This document shows, one piece after another, positions 25,078 to 37,716 of a DNA stretch of 64,000 bases; the stretch's first letter is position 1, and each line of letters opens with the position of its first letter. Origin of the DNA: Perkinsus olseni (lineage: Eukaryota); the NCBI GenBank assembly GCA_013115125.1, contig JABANN010000016.1, positions 62,001 to 126,000 of the forward strand, in the 5' to 3' direction. The notes beneath the pieces were generated by a model. That model did no database searches, was not told the DNA's origin, and was given only the letters and a program-made list of their open reading frames with translations. A program made the position numbers and the translations under genes.

Positions 25078-26691
25078 ATGCCCAGCGACGATGGTTCCTC
25101 TTCAAAATCAGTGGTTAATGCCGTACCACAGGAGGCTGGCTCCCCTCCTGCCAAGGAGGAGCTGACCACAATACAGGTGTATACGAAAAACTTTCCTCTC
25201 ATTTGCAAACTGGGTGCTGGATTCTTCGCTGATGCCTACGATATGTTCGTTATAGATATCGTCCTGGCCATTCTCAGCGAAATGCAAGAAGCAGATCCTA
25301 CTGGATTGGGTATGGACGCCAGCACGAAGGGTCTGGTGGCATCTGCAACGTCCATTGGTGCCGTTGCGGGTATGCTTTTTTTCGGTGTTGTCGGCGATCA
25401 AGTTGGTCGTAGAATTGGCATCTTATGTACTGGTGCGTTCGTGGCACTAGGTGCAGTTTGCTCAGCGTGCATACAACGGTCTACGACCTTCTCACTTGCT
25501 CATCAACTCTTCGTATGTCGTTTAGTGCTTGGATTTGGAATCGGTGGTGAGTACCCTCTATCTGCTGCTATGGCATCGGAGCGCTCTGATAACGCAACGC
25601 GTGGGCGCATCACGACTGGTGTTTTCTCGATGCAAGGACTCGGGATGATATTTGCCGCCGTTTTGCCTCTGATACTGCTCTACTCTGGCTGTCCTATGGA
25701 AATCTGTTGGCGTGTTCTTGTCTGCTTCACCGTCGTGCCCAGTCTCACAGCGCTGTACTTGAGGCTGGGCATGAAGGAGTCTGATACTTTCAAGGAGCAA
25801 CAAGCGCGCAAGAAGCAGAATAGGGCGAGTTTCTCTACTCAAATCAAGGGTTTCCTGAGGACCTTACAGGTGTATATAAAACCCCTCATCGGCACTACGA
25901 TGGCATGGTTGTGTATGGATGTCACTTTTTATGGTACCGGTGAGTTCAAACATTCAGTTTCGGCTGAACTTTTTCCCAACGGCAGTGGGGTTCAAGCCGT
26001 AATCCAGGACGCTTGGTTCGCCTTGGTTGTCTCTTTACTAGCCTTACCTGGTTACATCTGTGCCTGTTGGTTCATTGATATCCTCGGGCGGTGGAAAATA
26101 CAAGTCCTGGGTTTCGCTATGATGTGCATCTTCTACGTTGTTATGGCCATATGTACGCAATTCAACGCGAATAAGTACCTCAATTTGATCATTTTCGGCA
26201 TCACTTTCTTTTGGACTAATTTTGGTCCCAATACTACGTCTTATGTTATTCCCTCTGAGATATACCCTACCAGTGTAAAGACCACATGCCATGGTATGTC
26301 TGCAGCTTCTGGAAAGATTGGTGCGATTATAGGATCTTTCATATTTCCCACATTGCAGACTTCTATAGGCCTCGCTGGTGTTATGTATGTTTGCACCGGT
26401 GTGGCCGCGTTGGGTCTGGTCATTACTCTGATATTCCTGCCTAAGAAGCTGGTTGAAGCCGCTGCTAAGGGCATCTTCCTCATTACCCCTCCTACGTCAA
26501 GTCAGGATGAGCAACAAGGAGAGGAAGGCGATTCGAAGGTGATTTCTTCCTCATCGTCCGCCTCCACGGTATCTGTGGATGGGAGTTCGACGGCCTTCCA
26601 TGATATCGAAGAAGGCCGTGTGTCTAGCGAGTCTACTTCTGGTTTTGAGGGAAGTGCGGTACAGATTCGGCCAGCAGAGGGTGAGCAATAA
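25078..26691 (+). CDS. Inorganic phosphate:H+ symporter, PHO84/Pht1 family, copy 5 (long Ser/Glu-rich C-tail)
   Basis: GFFADAYDMF, GIGGEYPLSA, NFGPNTTSYVIPSE; 537 aa, intronless. Confidence 0.93.
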   Translation: MPSDDGSSSKSVVNAVPQEAGSPPAKEELTTIQVYTKNFPLICKLGAGFFADAYDMFVIDIVLAILSEMQEADPTGLGMDASTKGLVASATSIGAVAGMLFFGVVGDQVGRRIGILCTGAFVALGAVCSACIQRSTTFSLAHQLFVCRLVLGFGIGGEYPLSAAMASERSDNATRGRITTGVFSMQGLGMIFAAVLPLILLYSGCPMEICWRVLVCFTVVPSLTALYLRLGMKESDTFKEQQARKKQNRASFSTQIKGFLRTLQVYIKPLIGTTMAWLCMDVTFYGTGEFKHSVSAELFPNGSGVQAVIQDAWFALVVSLLALPGYICACWFIDILGRWKIQVLGFAMMCIFYVVMAICTQFNANKYLNLIIFGITFFWTNFGPNTTSYVIPSEIYPTSVKTTCHGMSAASGKIGAIIGSFIFPTLQTSIGLAGVMYVCTGVAALGLVITLIFLPKKLVEAAAKGIFLITPPTSSQDEQQGEEGDSKVISSSSSASTVSVDGSSTAFHDIEEGRVSSESTSGFEGSAVQIRPAEGEQ

Positions 26692-26693
26692 TG

Positions 26694-26890
26694 TCGTAGG
26701 AGTGTCGCTCTCCGTCGAAATGTTTATTACCGGTGTTATCGGCATATACCTCCCAAGACTGAGCGATGCCCTGCACGTCAGGATCGCCTGTCTGGAAGTC
26801 TTCTATTGTTCTGACTTATACTATAAGTTCTGCCAAGTTATGAGGGTGTAGTCTAGTCTTATCACCCGTGGTTGTTTCTTCCGTGTCGAT
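26694..26890 (+). repeat. ~195-bp conserved non-coding element, copy B (immediately after the stop of transporter 5)
   Basis: Homologous to 19491-19684. Confidence 0.85.
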
Positions 26891-27698
26891 CTTACTAGAA
26901 TGGTTTCGTGCTCATTAGTGTATTCTGTTGCTAAATACCGTCGTTGTGGTGGACAGTGGTTGTTGCCGGTGGGGCGTTTAGTAGACTTCGCCATTGTGAG
27001 CTGCTCTCGGGACTCTGTCTGGGGGTTTCACAAATTCCCTCGGGTAGATGCGGAAATATTACCAACAGCTTCTTTGACACCTAGTAAGATGTGTAAGTGA
27101 AGCTCTTAGGACGGTGATAGTCTACCAATTATCAACCGTGCCCGACTTCGGATTGATTAGGAGCCACGCTGATGCCCGTATCTTCCTCGTGCGCAGATAT
27201 CCTACAGTTTCGGATACTTCCAGTATCTTGGTGTTTTCAGAATCGCCAACCGCTGCTTGCTTTACACACAACTCTCATCAAGGTGAACATGATTTGCAGG
27301 GCTCTGTTTTGTTTCTCCGCAAGCTGTGCCTACACTATGGCAGGATGCCCGCCCCTAACCGCCAGGGCAGCTCCCTCGACGCTTCGGTCGTCGAAGTCTG
27401 TTTTCGACTTGGATAAGATTATGCAGTGTGGGATATTGAGTCCGCTCACTTCAACGAGTAACAGCGGCCACGCTAGACTTGTAGGTGATCCGCTCCCCGT
27501 GTGATTCATCCATAGAGATCCTCTCATTTCTTTTTTCATTCAGGGGCTGCCGTCTGTCACCAACAGCACCGAGCGGTCCGAGAACAGTTCCGAGGTAGTG
27601 TTTCCCAGTCGAACAGGTGCGGGTACATGCTTTATTAGAGTACTGCGATTGCACCGACAAGGCTGGTTGTCGGAGATTCTGTTGAGATTGCAGGCGTT

Positions 27699-29096
27699 AT
27701 GTACGTTATAGAAAAGGCCGTCGGGTCGGGCTCCTTCGGGACGGTGTGGGAAGCGCGAAGTGGAGATGTACGAGTTGCGATAAAGGCCACTGACAAGTCC
27801 GGGGCGAGGGAAGCCGAAGCCATGCAAGCGTGGAAGAACTGTGCGGCAGACGCTCGACTTAGCCGACTTATTGCGTTCGACAGGCGAAGGTGCTTGTTAG
27901 TACTGGAGCTTGTAGCGGACTCCGTGGGTCTGGACGGCTGGGTGCAGAGCGATGATGTTGATCAGGAGATGGATACCGTAGGGGCTGTTGCTGTTTGCAG
28001 GAGGCTTTTGTCGCAGATGGCTGAAGCGTTGGAGCTTACCTCGAAGTTTGTTGTACATAGAGATGTTTGTTCCCATAATATACTAGTTAACGTGAAGACT
28101 GGTGACTTCACATTGATTGACTTCGGCCTCTGTGCCCAGCGACGGACGTTCAACACGCGTCAAGGGTTGGCGGGGGACTGCCGGTATTGGCCAGTGTGTG
28201 AGTGGCTGCTGTTCCTACGGGGGCACCGGTATGTCGAGAATTGCCCGGCGATGCTACATGATTACATTCATAGGCTAGATCATCACGCCCTGGCCCTTAC
28301 TGTTATTGAGGTCCTCTCGAAGTTGTACAGACGCATTGGGCGTGGTCCGATGCTGGAGTGCCGCAGCAGCGAGGATGAATTGTGGCGGTCTGCGGATTTA
28401 TCGACCGCCCTGTTCAGTGTGAGCGAAGGTTCTTGCGGGGATAGCAGTTCGATGGTCAGCGCGAGGTCTTCGAGAGACGGTGAGGTGCCGGAGGAAGTTA
28501 TCGGATTGGACTCTCCCGGTCGTTCGGATGCTGGGTGGGAAAGCGGGAGCTGTGCGGTAGAGAAAGTAGTGGTGGCATTCGAGAAGTACTGGGAAGAAGC
28601 AACGCCGTTTTGGAAGGATCTGCTGGGGACGTTTAAGGAGGAGGGCAACTGGGGAGCTTTACAGCGGAGGCTTGATGCTCAGCGGGTAGTAGGGTTGCGA
28701 ACCATGGATGGATTTTTTCTGGAATTGTCTTCCATGTCGTTGCACGGTTGGAACATCGGCAATGTGCCCCTATGTTAATAACGTTGCTTATCCTTCTTCA
28801 GAATCGGTCTCCTCGTCATTCGCGATCGCGTTATTGCACAACGCTACTCGCCTTCGGATTGACCATCGCCTGCTTTTTTCTTGGCAGGCTCCTACTCGAA
28901 TACACGAGGCCTTAGTGGCGTTGAAGCAGAGTATACTGGATGGGGTGGCCTCTCCCGGTGCTTCGCCAGAGGTACTGGAATATACCCGGGTTGTTCCTCT
29001 CGGCGATACGGTGCGTATCATGCGGATGGATATCTGTTGTTGGGTGATTGCGATAGTCGACTGGTGATTCGTATCACGAACCGCGCGGAAATATGA
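27699..29096 (+). CDS. Protein kinase, divergent (3' end spliced, approximate)
   Basis: Gly loop GSGSFGTV, VAIK, HRDVCSHN, DFG in ORF 27699-28778; probable donor near 28686. Confidence 0.85.
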
Positions 29097-30384
29097 GGAG
29101 CGTGCATTTTTCTTAGGCAACTTCGAATAATCTTCGTTTCTCGTCAACTAAAACGAGTTAAGAGCTGAAATTTCAACAGGGTACGGATATTATGATTAGA
29201 CAGGACTAAACATCAGAGGTTTACTCGAAACGGTTACTGACTTATCTGGGCGAGTGAAAAAATGGCCCTCTCGAAAATCATGCTGCGCGAAAATTATTGG
29301 AAGGATGTGGGCTCCTTACTGTCTAGGAAGAGCTGTCGTTTTCGACTCCCATTGATTTATTGGTAGGCGCGTAGCACTTCACACGCGTTGATAGCAGGTT
29401 CGTTCTCTGCTAACGGCACTCTCGGGTCTGCTGATTTGCGCCTCTCCACCTCCGACTCGCCAAGTCTCTTTCCGAGAAGCCATTCGAATCTTCGAGGGTG
29501 CCACTCCTCTGTCGGCGACGATAGCGCCGGCGAGCGTCGCTCCGCTTGCATTACCCCTCCCTCTTCCGAGTAGCATACCGAGCCATATGCGGCTCTGGAC
29601 AGTGGACAACCCGGTATCTTTGACACGCAACTTGACTCCGGTAAAGATGCTGCAAGGCCATCATCATATCACAAGCCCCTTAGCTGCGACTGCCATGTTC
29701 GGGCGAAAGGGGTTTCTGGGGACAGCTGTCCCGAAACGGTTGACTTTCAATGGGTCTTCGTAGCTATCCTCGTTTGATATCCCGATTCACGAAAGGAGAT
29801 TCTGCATGTTGCCTAGTACTGTATACGTTACACTATGGTAATAGTTCTCGTTGATTGCTCATGGAATGGCATGATTTCCATTATGCTTTGTCAGTGGCTG
29901 CGTTCAATTCGGTGGGCTGCTGCTCGGGCTTCGGCTATTGACTGAATGTTCTGGCGAATGGCCGTGATGGAGCGCTCCTCGTTCAGTCTGTTAAGGTCGC
30001 GCCCTATTGCAGACGTCCCTATTGTAACATGCCCAGCTCGGTACTGCGGGCTGCGTCCATTCGGTACGATGTCGTGAGAGCACTGCGGAGAGGGAAGAAG
30101 AGGCGTAGGACCGCCCAGCAATCTGATGAAGTCGGACTGTCCGTTTCGAACGGACGAGAGGTACTCGAAGGATATTGGGCATGGCGTTTTAGCGTAGTAG
30201 CTGCTCTCCCAGTGAGTTGTGAGTATGTTACTCAACATGGTTCTCGACTGGCATGTTGTCACAGGGGTTTGTTTACCACATTATACTACCATGTTACTCA
30301 AATGATGTTAGCCGTGGAAATTTCTTACCTCCACCAAAATATGGTATATTGCTACCGCAAGGAGACTTGCTCTCCCCCAGAAGC

Positions 30385-31804
30385 ATGTTGATGGCGCCGA
30401 GCGTGGATCGACAAGAGCGGAGCGGCAGCGGGGCTTTTTGGCTGGACCTGGAGATACCGAGAGCCCATCCTCCTCGTCGTGCAGCACAGCACAGCCTGAG
30501 CAGCACGATGATGGACGAGCACTTACTTCAGTCTTATCGGTTCAGGGTAGTATTGAGAGGTTCATGGAATGGCAAGCACTAGCGAGAAGCGGCGGATTTC
30601 TGTGCAGGAAAGTCGTTACGCGAGGAGCTGCTCGTGGAGGAAATCAAGGGAGAACTCCCAAAGGACATGTCCTTTGCAGTGGAACAAGGGTGAGTGAAGG
30701 GTGTATCTTGCGCAGGTCAGAGTTTGATTAAAGCGCGAGTAGGGCGAGGCGCTGCGTTTACCTGTTCAGTTACCTTCCGTTGACAAACATAGTGACTGTT
30801 GTGCAGAACGCCTTGCCAGATAAGCCAGGAAGCATCGGCAAGTGCTTCAAGCTCACACTACAGGTAGGACGCTGCGGATCTTCGGTGGGTATCTTTTAGC
30901 TGTCGGACGTCAGGACTGTATTAGCGAGTTTCTGATGTTCATAACGCATCTAGCGGCCCAGCGATGCACGCGAGAAGGGAGGAGAGTGATGCTAGCGGAG
31001 GACATCCTATGGTAAGGTACAATGCCACGTACGCTTCAGTCATGCGTATCTTTCGACGTATCTTTCCACATTGACGGAGCTCCGTGTTCGTAGCTACTCA
31101 ATATAAAGTGGTGGTGGTACCTCCGTATGAACCACTCGAGTTTGGTGGAGTTGGTCAATCCCTGTCAGGGCACTAGACCAAGCTGGCCTGTGTCAGTACG
31201 GCTCGGTACTCCGTGTCTTCTTGGGTAAACTGCGCGGTCACTTGGAGAAGTGCAAGAGGGATATGACGGAAAAAGCTGATCGCTCAGAGGCTCCACCGGA
31301 TCTGTTTCCAGTGGCGGATCAGGCCGGAGACTCGTCTATGTTCCCCGTGGTAATATAACCTTGTTCTCGTCACTGGGGCAGTTAACATGTCAAACACGAC
31401 TGTGCCTTCCAATAAATTCCTCGTGATATTCTCTGATACTCGGTATACTCTCAACGCATGGAGCGGATTGCCAACATAGACGGTAAATTGGTTACGTTCA
31501 ACTTTGCCACTGAAAGGGTTCGATCGGTCGGCTTCTTTCGTCATTGAATCTGAATTCACTTGCTACATGCTGCCTACGGATGTCGTCTCTCGCCGCTTTA
31601 CAGATGCCAACGTCGCCTACGGAGGTGATGGCGTTAGGAAGCATCTCAGGCAAGGATCAACCTCACGATCTGAGGGAGCGTCGGGACCAGGAGGACGGAC
31701 TATCAACCGTTGCGATCGAGGCAGTTGTGCGAGAGGACTGGGGCGACGAGGAGAGTGCTAGCGATATCTCCTTCATCGACATCATCGAGGGTGAGGTTGT
31801 TTAG
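30385..31804 (+). CDS. NF-YB/HAP3-like histone-fold protein, multi-exon (start uncertain)
   Basis: Exons at ~30770-31260 join to YLPLTNIVTVVQNALP...TLQ-DCISEFLMFITHLAAQRCTREGRRVMLAEDILW-ALDQAGLCQYGSVLRVFLGKLR, matching the NF-YB core pattern (LPIAN...QECVSEFISFIT...DLLWAM). Confidence 0.8.
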
Positions 31805-32107
31805 TCGTAAAACAGTGGTCTGCATGTAGTATTCTTGCTCAGTTATCGAGTTGTGTTTTGTTTCGGGAAGGCTTCAAGTGGTACTCGTTCATAGTGACGG
31901 CCAAAAGAGCATTTAGTGATCTCTCTGGTTGTTCATGCTGCTAGGGTGCTAACGGAGGGTGCTAACGGAGGGTGCGCAGGTATCATTTGCGCGGTGTTGG
32001 CCACTGGCACGCCGACTGAGGCCTGATGGACCATCAGTGATGGTGGATGTCGATTGTCAGTTTGTTCACAGTGTCTCTGATTCCCAAGGCCATTCCAGCC
32101 ACTGTTA

Positions 32108-32836
32108 ATGGGCAACTATCTGAGTCTTCTTTTTTGCTGCCATGGCTCCCCCGCCGACGACGATTCGTGTGACGGAAGTTCTATCCCGAGCGTATTACAT
32201 TTGAGCTTCGACAAACCTCGACTGTCCAAGTCATATTCGGGTAGGAGGGTGCTGCGCGTGGGCATCCGGATCTCACTGCAATCGTCTTCTTCCTGGTTGA
32301 GCGGTGGAGTACGTTGATCTTCGAGTGGACCAGTCGATTGAGTGAAATTCTTTACGGATTTGAACGCTGCATCCCGACCGAGCGGAATGCGGTGACATCT
32401 CGGAGATCGTCCCAGAAAATCAATTGAATAGTCTTTGGGGCCTTTTGAAGACATTCTCAGCTCCATGTCAGGCACAACCCCGAGCCCTGGTTGCGGGAAC
32501 GATGGGTCGGTACGAAGCCTCGTGAGCCAGGCAGACGGGCGTCATTGGAGTGGGGAGATCTTTGAGAGAAAATTCTCGGCTCGACGACTCGAGAGAGCTG
32601 AGTACGTCGCACGAAGGGAGCCCTGGAATGGTGTATTTCACTAGGTGTATTACACATCGGTGGGGCAGCGTCGTTCGCTCACGACCGTACTGGTTGATCA
32701 GGTTGATTTACTACAGTCGGCCAGGCGATCACCAGCCTTCGTTGAACTCCGTTCCATCAACTTCTCGGCCGAATCTCCCTCGATTACCCACGGTATATCA
32801 CGCAGGCTCGCTGACGGCTACACACGACGGTTATAA
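32108..32836 (+). CDS. Hypothetical spliced protein with N-terminal MG..CC (possible dual acylation)
   Basis: MGNYLSLLFCC start; GT-AG junctions can link in frame to a last exon at 32645-32836. Confidence 0.4.
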
Positions 32837-34065
32837 TCACGAGCTGCGATATCGAAGGTTCAGACGCCCGCCGCTTGGTCCGCTATCAAGATCATACACG
32901 TTAAAGTTGACTGGTCGCGGCGTTCAGGAGCCCACACGCTTTTCAGTTTGACTGCATTCTGGTCACTACCCTCTCAGGGCGGCTATCACTAACTATTTAC
33001 ATCATCTTATCTTGCTTCTGGAGCATTCCGCTCAGTCTTTCAATTCTACTTGTGCGCTCTCTTCCAGTCGCTCCATTGCACTGAACAGCTCTCGTCTTCC
33101 TCGCCATTGTAGGCGGCGGAGGTAGGTTTCGAACGTGCGTGAGCTGTACGCTTTATTTTTGACTCTGTGGTATTGAAACGTGTTCTGTCTTTCCCTCTAA
33201 TCCCTTGACCAGAGTTCGGCAAGGCTCGCAGATTTTGGAGTGAGTCAGGTTCTCATTTTCCCTATGGTCACGTTGGCATGTCGCTCATCCCGGTTCTTGG
33301 AAGATGCCGGCTATTCTGATGTGACTCATTTGCGCTGTTCATTTTCGAGTCTCTCGATTCTCATCTGAGAATGACTCACTGAGTCAATTCTTGACAAGAC
33401 AAGAACTCGTCGAACCCACTTCGAGTGACCATGGCAATTAGTCGTCGACTGATCACCGAAGTACTTGGGTTCCCTCATTAATAGCCGTAGCCGTGCTTAT
33501 TATTAGCCGTGTTTTATCGACCGTGCTTCTGACGAGTATCAGATTCTTGTACGGGCTATTCTCGGGAGCGAATGACTCATTCTGGGGACGTCATCATTCT
33601 CGGCTGCACATCTGTCGAGCTTGTCGGTTAGTGTTGCAGACTTCGAGCACGTTTTACGTCGATTATGGGGACGCGCGTATAACGCCGCGTGAATTTCACT
33701 TCCTGCCCGCTTTCAATGATCCTTGACCGAGCTCTAGGCGAAGCCTAGGTCCTCGCTCGCCGAGCAAATGCTCGGTGTATTCGTTCGCGAAAGTAGGGCC
33801 CGCGGGTCTTTCCTATAACCATTTGTGGATAAACGAGTTAAACCTCCCATGGGGGTAGTCCCCACTACGGCCAATCGGAGTTCTGTAGTAATGTCATTAC
33901 TGTAATCAGGGATGCTTGCTGGCATTTAAGCATTCGGATCATATTCGACAACGTGCGACTACTCACATGTTGTCGAATAATCGTCCACTGTGTGACAAAC
34001 ATGGCGTTGAACGGCCTGACTCACCCGGAGATCGTGTTTGCAGTTATACTCTCATCAATACGATT

Positions 34066-35081
34066 ATGGTGATGACCATCATCGGCCGTAGCCCACTGCT
34101 TATGCTCTTCGCCTTGCCTTCGCTTGAGGCCGTGCGTAGCAGTGGTGAAGATCAAGAAGCCCAGGATGAAAATGTCCCGTCCCTTGGACATTCATTGGAG
34201 ATAGATCGCTTGTATGATTCTGCCTGCAGGTGGCGAAACAAACTTTAAAACCCAAATACAGAAGAGCTGACACTGATGTAAACATCTGGGTCAAGCTGCC
34301 TACCGCTTATATGCCCGATCGGGTAGCGGGTCGAATCTGGTTCTCCGTGTCAGTTCAAAATCAGCCACGAGGAAGACGATCAGGAGGGCAGTCTGTGTTA
34401 TCTCCACTGGCACCACTCTGAAGAGCACCAAGAGCCATTGAACTACCTATTCGATAGGCTGCAACTCTGGGTCCATCTAGACCCAAAAGAGAAGGCTTTT
34501 ACTTACATTAAGGCAGACTCGCGCCAAACGAACACCGATCGTTACTTGTCCATTAAGTAAGGCGCTCATGCATTCTACCTGTGCAGCGGTTCATCATCTG
34601 CATCTTCGCCTTCAGAGACAACGAGGATGAGTTAGCTGTGAGCGCCTTCGCATGCGCTCGTGATCTGGGCACTAGGATATATCCGGAAGTCAAAGGAGGG
34701 CCGAGAGGGGATGATAAGAGACGCGAAGTTGAGAAAATGCTTTCGGAAGGAGGCCCCTTCTCTCCCTTGGGTCATCTGACGGAAGGCAATTTGGATGGCC
34801 TCGTGACGACTATTGATTGGAACTCGGACAGTGGTGATTACAAATGCAAGAAGATATACCATTTCTTAGCTTCCAACCCTCCTAAAGGTTATGAAGAGGG
34901 AAACCTTGATTGGCTGTTCGCTTCTGTGAATGAGAAAGCCGATGGAGTGTACGACAAGAACCTTCGTACGAACCAATTGATATTGAGAAGTTGGCAAGGG
35001 AGTTCAGCCAACTTGAAGCGAACCAACGGTCAAGGGAGCAAGTTGAAAGAATCAAACAATGCATTCAATCGAATCGATTGA
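34066..35081 (+). CDS. Putative secreted protein, lineage-specific family, paralogue 1 (spliced)
   Basis: Signal-peptide-like PLLMLFALPSLEAVRSSGEDQ; shares blocks with 37048-37716 (HLDPKEKAFTYI / HLDAEEKAFTYI; IICIFAFRDN / IICILTFREN). Confidence 0.6.
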
Positions 35082-37047
35082 ATCTATGGACAAGAAACCG
35101 TCGAAGGAACAAGCAGCTGGTGGAAAGAAGCCGTCGAAGAGCATTTTCCGCAGTATCGGAAAACCCTTCAGGAAGCTAACGAGAAAAGGACGAAAGAAGT
35201 GATCGTTCTGTCATTGTGTGCTTAGGTGTGTTGTATGTATATCAAGGTTCATCATTCATGAATAAGATGTCTACAATATTTGTCGACAGTTGTGTTACGA
35301 GTGTCGCAGCGGCGGTGTCCCTGGTCTACTGGCCGACATTTTCGATAAGCAGAACAGAAAATTCGTCGGTTCTCCGCCACTACTGACAGTAGTCTACAGT
35401 AACTGTACATAGAGCCCGGTCCAAAAATTGTCCACAGTTGATCTAAACCATTCAAGGGCGTGAATATATTGAATCAAAACTATGCTCAGTAGATCAGAAA
35501 CTTGTAGAGCTTTCACCGAATGGTTCGGATTTGAGCGAGGAGCTCCCACTTCCTCATCGAGAGAAATGGTTTTCAGATTCCATTCTACGGGCGAACGCTA
35601 GTCTCCACTCGGATTCCGGGCCGAATCTAGTGCAGTACTCTTCAACACACGATTAACCATCAATTTCTGGTGGGGCTATCACTACGGCGGTATCACTGCC
35701 ACTGCGATATGGGGCATTATTGCTACTCCTCATACCAGACGCAGCGTATGAGCAGCTTTCAAATGCGTGGCACGAATCGCACCGTAACAGCGCCGGTCCG
35801 AAACATGTCGGTCCGAGGCTCTCGGAATCCGAGAGTCTCGGACCGTCGGTCCGAACGTCGTAAGCGTCGCTTATCCGAGACTCGGATGTCGCAAGTCCAA
35901 GGGTCACCTCCCCTACGTTCAAGGGAGTCCTTCGGTATTGATAGCACAGTCCCGCAGTATGCACTGAGTCGGTGTATGAGTTTGGCAGCCATCGGTGCTG
36001 TGAAAGCTTAGGTTTGGATTTCTGTTCTTTCAAGTATCGGCCCGATACTATCGGGCATTCAATGTCCGAGAACGCATTCGAACTCTTTACTTTGAGCCTC
36101 AAAGTTTGAGGTGGGCAGAGCTCACTCATCGGACAGTTCTCAGGCAGTCTCTCAATTGTAGTTTCTGATCTCTCTTCGCGTGGGCTGGATGGACGCACGG
36201 TGAAAGGTTCGTGACCAGACGTGCCTCATATATTCAATTTATGAATATGTATGAATATCGCCAGTGCGGGTTGGTTGGATACTCTCGAGGTCCTACCTGG
36301 AGTCCATGCCATGGACCGATTAGTGTCGATGAGCAAGGTTCAATGCTGTACCGGTGGATGAGAAATTCGGCCTGGAAGAAGGGAGTCCATTGGAGGACAG
36401 GCTACGAGTTGTGCTCGTTCGAGTATGCTTTTATGATAAGATGGGTAGTCAGTCACAGGCTCCATCATACAGTACATGGAGTGACCCAACGTTGTACAGC
36501 TTTCGACGGAAGCATCAATTCCCAACCCGGAGCACTTTCCCCGTCGATTACGGGGGTGCGCGGTTACCGCGTGCACGAACTACACTCTCCATTCGCTTTT
36601 GGTTGTTTCGCTTACGCTTGCTCTAGGTCGACCCTCTTTAGAGGTAGCAGTATGCGCAGACCCGCTCCGAGGTTCCATTCTAGAGCCCCAGGGTATGCAA
36701 CTCTGCCAGTTAACCACATAGCCGAACGGGCTGAGCGCGGCATAGGTACTGCTCTGAACTTTGCTCTCCTATGATAAACCCAGGCTACGACGTAGCGTAA
36801 TAGCAGTACTACTGTGACTTGACCACAACCAAGGAGTCCTTGGTGAACGCGGACCAGTTACTGGTCTTTGGCAAGGACCAGTAACTGGTGCACGCATAAA
36901 CTACCACTGCCTGTCAAGCCATCACGTATTGCGTGACGAAATATGACGCAAGATCGATAGCGCTTATCAGGAGTAACTCCTGAGGAGTTGAATCTCAACT
37001 GCTGGCATCATGTTCCCAGTTATCCTCTCATCAGCAGTAGAAGAGTA

Positions 37048-37716
37048 ATGATCGTCTTCTGCCCATTACTTGTGTTCTCCATCTTACCTTCCCTCGAGGC
37101 CGTTCATAGCAGTGGTGAAGATCAAAAAGCCCTGCATGTAAGTGACCCTGTTTCGAGCTATATATGACAAGTTTGATAGCTCCCTTGTCTTATGGTGCTC
37201 GCAGGTGAGAGAGCCTGTCGACTTCAGCAAATTGGTGATTACCGACAGGGAACGGAAAGCTTCCGAGCCCATCAAGTTTGATATTCGTCACATAGAAGAT
37301 GAGAAGAAGGGCGACCTCTGTTCCCTAGACTGGCGGTTCTTTGATTTTACTCAATTTCCAACCGGTGGCCACGAAGTACTGAGACTCCAGATACATCTAG
37401 ACGCGGAAGAGAAGGCTTTCACTTATATAAACGCACACGCGGAGTTCATGTTCTATCACCGTGATTTGAACATTGAGTAAGACGCCGCATCATGTGGCCC
37501 ATATGTGTTCAGCTCGCTACTGTACCTGCTGGTTCCTGATACATCACCATCATCTGCATTCTCACTTTCAGAGAGAACAAGAACAAGCTAACCGTGAAAG
37601 CTGTAGAATACGGTCGTGGGGAGAGTGATCGGAAGTATCCAAAGATCGAAGTGGGGGCTAAAGCGTTGAAAAAGGGGCTGTTGCGACTAGTGGAAACGAG
37701 GAAACGAGAGAAGTGA
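37048..37716 (+). CDS. Putative secreted protein, paralogue 2; appears 3'-truncated (possible pseudogene)
   Basis: MIVFCPLLVFSILPSLEAVHSSGEDQ followed by a GTAAGT donor; homology to paralogue 1 stops near 37650. Confidence 0.55.

Noticed and set aside
15284-26483. Long antisense ORFs over the transporter genes
   Set aside because: Expected shadows of GC-balanced coding sequence; no motifs.
31943-31976. 13-bp tandem duplication GGGTGCTAACGGA
   Set aside because: Ordinary slippage duplication with no sign of function.
34160-34230. Non-canonical GA splice donor where the paralogue has GTAAGT
   Set aside because: An in-frame GT lies 6 nt downstream, so a GA donor is not required.
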